From a virus (Duplodnaviria > Caudoviricetes): 64,000 nt of DNA. The position numbers and the translations under genes were made by a program. Positions within the stretch are counted from its first letter, which is position 1, and each line of letters begins with the position of its first letter. Positions 22,245 to 29,416 of the stretch are shown piece by piece. The notes beneath the pieces were generated by a model that was not told the DNA's origin, made no database searches, and saw only the letters and a list, made by a program, of their open reading frames with translations. The stretch lies in IMG/VR virus record IMGVR_UViG_3300014205_006854, positions 7,269-71,268 of that record; one strand, given 5' to 3'.

Positions 22245-22399
22245 TACAATGTACTCCCTCTATCAAATTTCAAAGTACTATTAGCTGCTTTCAAATGTGC
22301 TTCTTCAATTGAATTTATCAATTTAGTAATTTGTAAATTTATCTTTTTAGATAAACTTTCAAAATCAACTTCTTTAGTTTCTTCTTGTTTCAAAATCAT
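22244..22399 (-). CDS. Small 51-aa protein (MILKQEETKEVDFES...), not in the ORF track
   Basis: ATGA overlap with the endonuclease stop and TAATG overlap with the 2089-aa start; contains the GAGGGAG RBS of the next gene. Confidence 0.7.
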   Translation of the reverse strand: MILKQEETKEVDFESLSKKINLQITKLINSIEEAHLKAANSTLKFDRGSTL

Positions 22400-23646
22400 A
22401 TTAATTTCCCCGTTTCTACGCCAGCCACAGGTATTGCATTATCACTATATTGAACTAACGTTTTTACTTCATATTTTTGAAGTTCTTTAGCTGTTTGAAT
22501 TTTTGTACCAAAAATCTTAAGAGGTTCTATTAATTCGTCTTTTGCAAAAATCTTAAAATTGAAAGTTGGATTTTGTTCAGAAACTAATTTATGTTTTAAT
22601 AAATCTTTTTCTCGAACATAACCTTTTGTATCTATATAAGTATTCCAATCTTCAACATAAAAATCTGGAAAATAAGTATGTTTAACATTATTATTATCAA
22701 CATACTTAAAAAACTCAATATTTCCATGTGTTCTAAACTTCATCTTTTTAGAAGTTAACCATGCTGCAAAACGAATTTCATAACTACCTTGAAAACGTTG
22801 ACCATTATACTCATAAAGTTTTATTGGTCCAAACTTTGTTTTAAGTGCTTTATGCAATTTTAAATGTTGTGTTTCTTTTGCTGTTCTTATTTTAATACCT
22901 AATCTTTCTAATATTTTTCTAACTATTATTCTTTTCAAAGAATAAGTTTTTGCTATAAATATATGATGTAAAACTTTTTCAGTATAATCATACACAATTT
23001 TATCACATAGCGATAAATTTTGAATAATTTCATTAATTTGGTTAGATTCTTTAATTCGTTTATTCAACATTCTAGAACTTTTATTATTTCTTAAAATATG
23101 ATTCTGTTTAAGAATAGCACATACAGTTCTTTTCGAAATTCCCATTTTTATTGCAATCGTTTTGTATGAATCACCGCTATTTTTATATGAATCAATTATT
23201 TTTTCTATTTCTACATCACTAACATAATTTCTAAATTTCTTTCTGAAATTAGTCTTTTGTTTTGAAGGATGCTGCAAATGCCAAGTTTCTCCAGATGTAC
23301 GTTTATAAAATTTAAAATGTTCAAAAAGAATTTGATTTACAATTTCAACTTTCAAAAAATATTTTTGAGCTATAACTTTTATATTTGTAAACTTTTCATA
23401 TTCACATTTTACTTGATTCAATAAATCATAATTTTTAAAAATAATGTTAAATTTATTCGTTTCTTTATCTTTTAATCTTAATTTCCATCTTTTAATTCCT
23501 TGTTCATATTGTTCAGCTTTACGTAAAATATCTAAAATAGTTGGTCTACTAACATTATATTTTAATTCTAATAAATGTACAGATATATTACTTGTTTTAT
23601 ATTCTGCTATTATTTTTAATTTAAGATCTTCACTTATTTTTTTCAT
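22396..23646 (-). CDS. Free-standing putative homing endonuclease (HTH repeats plus TnsA-N-like PD-(D/E)XK domain)
   Basis: FQGSYEIRFA...TYFPDFYV...YIDTKG catalytic pattern; several N-terminal HTH-like repeats; Lys-rich. Confidence 0.8.
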   Translation of the reverse strand: MKKISEDLKLKIIAEYKTSNISVHLLELKYNVSRPTILDILRKAEQYEQGIKRWKLRLKDKETNKFNIIFKNYDLLNQVKCEYEKFTNIKVIAQKYFLKVEIVNQILFEHFKFYKRTSGETWHLQHPSKQKTNFRKKFRNYVSDVEIEKIIDSYKNSGDSYKTIAIKMGISKRTVCAILKQNHILRNNKSSRMLNKRIKESNQINEIIQNLSLCDKIVYDYTEKVLHHIFIAKTYSLKRIIVRKILERLGIKIRTAKETQHLKLHKALKTKFGPIKLYEYNGQRFQGSYEIRFAAWLTSKKMKFRTHGNIEFFKYVDNNNVKHTYFPDFYVEDWNTYIDTKGYVREKDLLKHKLVSEQNPTFNFKIFAKDELIEPLKIFGTKIQTAKELQKYEVKTLVQYSDNAIPVAGVETGKLI

Positions 23647-24248
23647 AATAAACGACCAATTTCTACACCAGCTACAGGAATTGGCCCAAGTAAAGGAGGA
23701 GCTGGCACCCCAACAATTACTGTATTTACTATTGCTGTTGACATTGATAATGCAATTCCATCACCTATAGCCATTGCTGTTGATAATGTTTGTGCACCTG
23801 TAAATCCACTAGCTGAAAGCATTTGAAAAATTGAAGCACCTAAAGTAGCTCCTACTATTCCTACAATAGGTCCTGTTCCTGAACCAATAGCTGTCGGTCC
23901 ACCAGCAGAAGTAACTATACCCATTAAAGTAATATGTTCAGCAAATGCAGATCCTATAGCCATTGCAGTAGTTAATGTTTGTGCACCTGTAAATCCTTTA
24001 GCAACCATCATCGTATAAATATTTTGTCCAACTATCGGTCCTACTAATCCAACTACTTTACCAGTACCAATTCCAGGTCCAGGTCCTGTTCCAAATGTGC
24101 TACCATTGTATATATTCATCGCTAAAATATTAGTGATTATTCCATTACCTAATGCCATTGAAAATGTTACTGTCTGTGCACCTGTAAATCCACTAGTAGC
24201 AAATTTTGCAGCTATCTGTGCACCTAATATTGGACCGGCAATCGGCAT
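23643..24248 (-). CDS. Gly/Ala-rich protein with three internal repeats; candidate spike-tip protein
   Basis: Three GFTGAQT units (identical 17-bp DNA TGTGCACCTGTAAATCC at 23791, 23980, 24175); AGGAG RBS. Confidence 0.5.
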   Translation of the reverse strand: MPIAGPILGAQIAAKFATSGFTGAQTVTFSMALGNGIITNILAMNIYNGSTFGTGPGPGIGTGKVVGLVGPIVGQNIYTMMVAKGFTGAQTLTTAMAIGSAFAEHITLMGIVTSAGGPTAIGSGTGPIVGIVGATLGASIFQMLSASGFTGAQTLSTAMAIGDGIALSMSTAIVNTVIVGVPAPPLLGPIPVAGVEIGRLL

Positions 24249-24321
24249 CTTTAGTTAATCTCCTGAATAATTCTAAAGCATCTAGAATCAACTTTAATAG
24301 GATAAATAATAAGTATATATT

Positions 24322-24377
24322 ATTGTTCTCCCAAGAACTACCGGCTTGGTCTATGAACAATGGTGGGATAGTAGTTT
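24322..24377 (-). ncRNA. K-turn/pseudoknot structured RNA motif, copy 2 of 4
   Basis: AAACUAC-UAUCCCACC-AUUGUUC-AUA-GA-CCAAG-CCG-GUAGUU-CUUGG-GA-GAACAAU; CCAAG/CUUGG is a compensatory variant of CCGAG/CUCGG. Confidence 0.75.
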
Positions 24378-24417
24378 GATTTATTTAAGAATGTTCAATT
24401 TATAAAAAGTATAGAAA

Positions 24418-25401
24418 TTATAAATTTTCAATTAAATCTTTAAGAATATAAACAAATTTTGCTGACGGAGCAGCAATTACAATATCACCAGCTTTTTCTA
24501 TCTTAACAATTTTTCTAAGCAAATTTTTCTGTCTTAATTTAGTAAATTCATTTACTACTTTCGAAAATATATTATTCTGTTTTAAAGATTCTATATTCAA
24601 CTTATAAATATCAATCATTTCTTTAACACCAGCTGGTCTTACTACATCAAGTTTAATTGATTTAGCATATAACCACATTGCTGTATTCACAATATTTTTA
24701 CTTTTGAATTTATCTTTCAGTTTTTTCATCACTTGTGATTTTTGATCAATTGACTTAAAATCACTTGAAACAAATTCAACTGTAGAATCATCAAATGTGT
24801 CTTGTATTTTTGTTTTGTTTGTTTTTTGTAAAGCATTAGCTATTGCTTCTTGTGAATCTGATTCAGTACCAATTTCTATATCATCTATAACATGTCTTCT
24901 AACACCATCTTGTGCTAAAAAATAAATTATTCTTTTTTCATTTTTAATATGATCTAAAATTCTTGGTATTAACTTATTATAAATGAAACTTCTATTTTCT
25001 TTACTTCCTATTACTAATGATCCATTTTTTGTAATAGCTGTATTTTCTTTAAACCATTGATCACTACCACCATCAAATTTCATAGCTTTTGTTGGATCTT
25101 TCAAATCTACAGAATAAAGAATATTGAAGTTATCATTTTTTATTTCTTTTAATCGTTTCTGATATACATTTTCTTTTTTAGGATTATGTTGTCTTTTTTC
25201 TTCAGTTGGTAATGATTTAACTTTTACCAATCTATCTTGTTTTTGTGGTGTTTTATGACGAACATATTTTTCTAACCAAGGAGCCCTTTGAATATATTTA
25301 TCTCTATGCGAATTCATTGCTTCAGGAAATTCTGGTGTTCTTGGATCTTTAGTTTCTTTTATCCATTTAGCTTCTTTTAAAACTGCAGCAATTATATTCA
25401 T
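24418..25401 (-). CDS. Hypothetical basic protein
   Basis: 327-aa ORF; no recognisable family; starts MNIIAAVLKEA. Confidence 0.7.
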   Translation of the reverse strand: MNIIAAVLKEAKWIKETKDPRTPEFPEAMNSHRDKYIQRAPWLEKYVRHKTPQKQDRLVKVKSLPTEEKRQHNPKKENVYQKRLKEIKNDNFNILYSVDLKDPTKAMKFDGGSDQWFKENTAITKNGSLVIGSKENRSFIYNKLIPRILDHIKNEKRIIYFLAQDGVRRHVIDDIEIGTESDSQEAIANALQKTNKTKIQDTFDDSTVEFVSSDFKSIDQKSQVMKKLKDKFKSKNIVNTAMWLYAKSIKLDVVRPAGVKEMIDIYKLNIESLKQNNIFSKVVNEFTKLRQKNLLRKIVKIEKAGDIVIAAPSAKFVYILKDLIENL

Positions 25402-25739
25402 TCTTTATTTCCTTCATTAGTTGGCATTACACTTACATCAATATATCCACCTCCACCAACTTGCATTGTATATGAAATTCTACCATGTGGCTTTTGTGTC
25501 ATAGAATCAAACGGTAATCCATCATCAGTTTTTATTCCACCAATATATTCACTCCATTTATTCAAAATATCAATTACTGGTTTTGGATTTTCTACCCATG
25601 GAACATCAAAATCACGAACACAAGATCCATGTACTGTAAGAACATATCCATGTTCTAAAGCTATATCACGCATTATACCGTAAAATGTAACATACATCAT
25701 AGGCACCCAATTTCTTGTGTTATTTACTCTTTTTTCCAT
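25398..25739 (-). CDS. Small phage protein with a minimal nucleotidyltransferase-like motif
   Basis: VHGSCVRDFD (GS...DxD) plus KPHGR and YIDVSV; ATGA overlap with the downstream gene. Confidence 0.45.
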   Translation of the reverse strand: MEKRVNNTRNWVPMMYVTFYGIMRDIALEHGYVLTVHGSCVRDFDVPWVENPKPVIDILNKWSEYIGGIKTDDGLPFDSMTQKPHGRISYTMQVGGGGYIDVSVMPTNEGNKE

Positions 25740-25814
25740 ATTAAAACAAAAATTATAAAAGTTTTAGAAAAGACAAATTTTTGTATTTTTCTTATTTTAT
25801 TTCGAGGCGTGAGT

Positions 25815-25995
25815 AATTAATACTATTAATTTTAGAATTATTAATAAATAAAATATATAATAAAATCATAAATATAAACTATAACCTAATCACCAACCTA
25901 AACTTCTAATTAATATAAATAAACTACATCAAACAAATACAACAACCAATAACATCCAACCTAGATCTAGGTATCTATAATTAATAGTATTAATT
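25815..25995. promoter_or_regulatory. Paired 17-bp palindromes flanking a G-free tract and a 14-bp palindrome
   Basis: AATTAATA-C-TATTAATT (25815-25831) and AATTAATA-G-TATTAATT (25979-25995); no G on the plus strand from 25836 to 25963; ACCTAGATCTAGGT at 25959-25972. Confidence 0.55.
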
Positions 25996-26092
25996 CTGCG
26001 CGTCAGCGGCAGTAAGCTGAATAAGTGTCAGATACAATTTGTTCTTCGATAGAAACTGTTCGAAACAAGTGTTTATCCCCACCACACGTAAC

Positions 26093-26122
26093 AATAGCCA
26101 AAGTATTTAAACCTTGGCTATT
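26093..26122 (-). terminator. Probable intrinsic terminator hairpin, possibly bidirectional
   Basis: AATAGCCAA...TTGGCTATT 9-bp stem, 9 nt after the stop of the 422-aa gene. Confidence 0.65.
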
Positions 26123-26131
26123 TTAAAAATC

Positions 26132-27400
26132 TTATTTTATAACGGTAAATGGTATAGTTGTTGATTTGTTGTTGATTGATACTTTTGTGAAATATTTTCC
26201 AGATGGAAGATTAGAATTTAACATTACTGAATGAGTACCTGGAAGCATTCTAGATTCAACAACTTTCTTAACCATATTACCATTAACGGTATATAGCTTG
26301 ATTGATACGAGTGATTCCTGAGATAAGGAGAATGAGATTCTAGATGATGGATTACATGGATTAGGATATATTTTTGTTAAAGAAGATTTAGAAGTAGAAG
26401 TTTCTATTGAAGTTGATGTATGTGTTGTATCAAGTGTGAAAGAAGAATCAGGATTACTAAATGTATGAAAAACAGTTGGTGTATACATCATGATTGGATA
26501 AGTAGTATTGATAGAAAAAGAATATATTTTCCATGTTGTATAATCAGTTGTATAATTATAAATTGAATAAATTGTATTTTCTGTAATAATAAAAAGTTTT
26601 TCCTGAAAATAAATTACTTTCAAATTAGTATATTTTTCATTAGAAAATTTGATAGTTTCACTTGAATCTCTATAGTTAATAAAATAGATGCAAGAATCAA
26701 TATTGTTTATATACCATATGGAAGTAGAAAAAGAAACTGTTTCAAATTCTTTCATTTCATTATACTTAATATTAGGATTTTTATATGATAATGATGTATT
26801 TGTTTTTATTATTATTGTATCATTTAGTTGTGTTACCATTACTAATTGATTTGTTGTTGTTATAAATCTAATTGCATTATCTTTTCCATTAAAAAAAGAG
26901 AATGTTTTAACGTTTGTTGCTATGGTGTCATTTTTGAATGTATCGTCTCTTTTTAAATCATATTTGTAATTATAATATGTTGATATACCGTGGATAGTTG
27001 TTCTGTATAATACATGAGATATAGTATCCAGAACGTACATGTATTTGCAATTTCCTGTTCCTGTGATTGTAGGGTTATTAACGGTGAAAGTATCAGGTAC
27101 TTTTATGATTGAATTTTTAGAAAAGTTACGTTCATATTTGAATGTGAAAGTATCTCTTGGAATAGCATTTTCAATGTGAGTTGAATAATAATAAAAGTTG
27201 CTATCAGTAAAATAAACCAGTTTTGTATCTGTAGTATCGTGAACTGAAGTAAGAGTGCTTTCGATAACGATTGTTTTGTTACCAAAAGAGTTTGTTAATG
27301 GTTTGATGTTTGGTGTGTAGAATGAGTTGATTGTGCCTTCAGAAATCGTCAATGTAAATGTTGAGATTGTGAAGATTAAGATTGTGATGATTGCTTTCAT
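26132..27400 (-). CDS. Secreted protein with C-terminal T9SS type-A sorting / FlgD-Ig-like domain
   Basis: Hydrophobic signal peptide MKAIITILIFTISTF; C-terminal KIYPNPCNPSSRISFSL...IKLYTVNG...LPSGKYF signature; AAGGAG RBS. Confidence 0.8.
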   Translation of the reverse strand: MKAIITILIFTISTFTLTISEGTINSFYTPNIKPLTNSFGNKTIVIESTLTSVHDTTDTKLVYFTDSNFYYYSTHIENAIPRDTFTFKYERNFSKNSIIKVPDTFTVNNPTITGTGNCKYMYVLDTISHVLYRTTIHGISTYYNYKYDLKRDDTFKNDTIATNVKTFSFFNGKDNAIRFITTTNQLVMVTQLNDTIIIKTNTSLSYKNPNIKYNEMKEFETVSFSTSIWYINNIDSCIYFINYRDSSETIKFSNEKYTNLKVIYFQEKLFIITENTIYSIYNYTTDYTTWKIYSFSINTTYPIMMYTPTVFHTFSNPDSSFTLDTTHTSTSIETSTSKSSLTKIYPNPCNPSSRISFSLSQESLVSIKLYTVNGNMVKKVVESRMLPGTHSVMLNSNLPSGKYFTKVSINNKSTTIPFTVIK

Positions 27401-27482
27401 TTGATTCTCCTTTTTGGTTTATATTTTTCCTTATATTAAGATATCAACCACATTTTAAAAAAAGGATAAAAATAAGACTATA

Positions 27483-27509
27483 ATACCCCTATTTTTACAA
27501 TAGAGGTAT
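27483..27509 (-). terminator. Probable terminator hairpin
   Basis: 11-bp stem with one U-G wobble on the minus strand, 5-nt loop, T-rich sequence downstream; after the 85-aa gene. Confidence 0.5.
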
Positions 27510-27541
27510 AAATTATAATAAAATCGTGGAATTAACTATAT

Positions 27542-27799
27542 TTAATCAGTAACTATAATACCATTAGAATTACCATCTGGAAAATATAAAGCGTAAGATC
27601 CTTCAAGGATGAATTTTGCCAGATATGGACCTTTATCATCATAAATTACAGTAGATTGATCTTTGTTATTAACAGTTCTAATGTATAACGCTATTTCTTT
27701 TGTTTTTGTATTATATTCATGAACTCTATCAATACAAGAACCAGCTACATCAAAAATTCTATATTTTTGATGTTCAGAATTTTCAATACTAAGAATCAT
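27542..27799 (-). CDS. Hypothetical protein
   Basis: 85-aa ORF with AGGAG RBS. Confidence 0.7.
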   Translation of the reverse strand: MILSIENSEHQKYRIFDVAGSCIDRVHEYNTKTKEIALYIRTVNNKDQSTVIYDDKGPYLAKFILEGSYALYFPDGNSNGIIVTD

Positions 27800-27811
27800 A
27801 AAATGACTCCT

Positions 27812-28075
27812 TTATTTAATTATGAAAAATTTAGAAATTCCTATTCTTTCAAAAACGTTTAAAACATGTGCATTTAAATTTTGTAGTATTACATCTGAAT
27901 CATAATCTCTTTTTAGAAAAACAACTGCAGCAATTGTACTTGATCCAATATTATCAATATTTGAAAAATCTAACACTATTTTTCTAGCTTTCAAAATATC
28001 TGGTGTAAAATCTATAAATCTAACATCTTCATCTAGAAAAATAGTACAATCGTCTTGAATCCATTGTACTTTCAA
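27812..28075 (-). CDS. STAS-domain protein (anti-sigma-factor antagonist-like)
   Basis: KIVLDFSNIDNIGSSTI and VFERIGISKFF match the SpoIIAA/RsbV pattern; TTG start with AAGGA RBS. Confidence 0.75.
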   Translation of the reverse strand: MKVQWIQDDCTIFLDEDVRFIDFTPDILKARKIVLDFSNIDNIGSSTIAAVVFLKRDYDSDVILQNLNAHVLNVFERIGISKFFIIK

Positions 28076-28156
28076 GTTATTCCTTCGTGGAATTTATTCT
28101 TTTAGCTTACATCTTTTCTAATCTAGTTTTTATTTGTTAAATTTATATTGATGCTT

Positions 28157-29416
28157 TCACAGATTTTGTAAAATCTTTTTAATTATATTTTTATTAACTT
28201 TATAATTGAATGATAATTTTGATGCAGAAGTTCCATTTTCATATTCGGTTATTATTTGTTTTGCATATTTTTGACTAAAATCTTTGAAAAAATAAATTGC
28301 TCGTTGTTGTTGATTAGCCCGCTGTTTTATATTTAATTTGTTAAATATATTTTTAAAATTTTTTAATTTATATTTTTGTCGTAATTCTTTAAATCCAAAC
28401 CCATTTTCAAGATAATCTAGTTTTATTTTATCGCCAATTTGTGTAATCAAATGTTGTAATTCTAGTTCTTTATATTCTTTTGAATTTCTCAATGGTAAAT
28501 ATTTGTTATAAATAAATGAAATTAAATCTTTTCTAATATTATATTTTTTTGCTATTAAATTTAAATTAATTTTATTTACTGCATAATCTATTTTTAAATC
28601 ATTGATATTTATTCTATTTAGAATTTCTTGTAAAATTAAATTATCTGTTTTATGTTCATATAAATATTTTTCTATATTGATATTAAGTTTTTTGTCTATT
28701 TCTAAAATTTCTAATTTATTAAGTTCATTTTTCGTTAATATTGTTAATTTTAAGTCTTTGTACTTATTTTTAACAATTTCTATTTTTCTTTTGTCTTCAT
28801 TCGAGAAAAAACCTTTTATTTCTACAAATTCATCTGTATTTATTAAATAAAAATCTGGACAATAAGTTCTCAATTTATTATTATCATCAAAATATTCAAA
28901 CCTTTTAATTTTTTTATGACATAAAAATTGAATATTTTTAGATTCTAAATATAAGGCGTATTTAAATTCCCAGCTTCCTTGATATTTAATATCTTTATAA
29001 TAATACCAATTAACATTTCCACCACACTTTTGTGTTTTTCCATAACGATGTCCTTTTATACCTAAACTTTGCTTTATACTTTCAGTTTCACGCCGAGCTT
29101 CTTTATTTGTTTTTATTTTAATATTATGAAATTTTAAAATTTTAGAAATTATACATCTGTTTATTTCATATAATCTAGATAAACTTCTAAGATTTCCTCC
29201 GCAGGTTTTATAATCATCACAAATTTTTAATGCTAATGGTGAAGACATTATTTCATCTGAATAACCTTTTCCTAATCCAGAAATTTTTTCAGAAGTAACA
29301 ATATCAAATTTCTTTTTATATTCTGTATATGTTATCGAATGTAATTTTACATGCCGTGGCATTCCAATAGATGATAATTTCTTGTTGCAAATTTTACAAA
29401 AAGTTATTTTACTCAT
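28157..29416 (-). CDS. Free-standing putative homing endonuclease (Zn-finger/HTH plus TnsA-N-like PD-(D/E)XK domain)
   Basis: CKIC...H..LH N-terminus; YQGSWEFKYA...TYCPDFYL...FVEIKG; TAATG-coupled to the spike gene. Confidence 0.8.
   Translation of the reverse strand: MSKITFCKICNKKLSSIGMPRHVKLHSITYTEYKKKFDIVTSEKISGLGKGYSDEIMSSPLALKICDDYKTCGGNLRSLSRLYEINRCIISKILKFHNIKIKTNKEARRETESIKQSLGIKGHRYGKTQKCGGNVNWYYYKDIKYQGSWEFKYALYLESKNIQFLCHKKIKRFEYFDDNNKLRTYCPDFYLINTDEFVEIKGFFSNEDKRKIEIVKNKYKDLKLTILTKNELNKLEILEIDKKLNINIEKYLYEHKTDNLILQEILNRININDLKIDYAVNKINLNLIAKKYNIRKDLISFIYNKYLPLRNSKEYKELELQHLITQIGDKIKLDYLENGFGFKELRQKYKLKNFKNIFNKLNIKQRANQQQRAIYFFKDFSQKYAKQIITEYENGTSASKLSFNYKVNKNIIKKILQNL

Noticed and set aside
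25996-26090. tRNA or known ncRNA in the GC-richer hairpin stretch
   Set aside because: No cloverleaf, T-loop (GTTCRA in context) or CCA end; only short hairpins.
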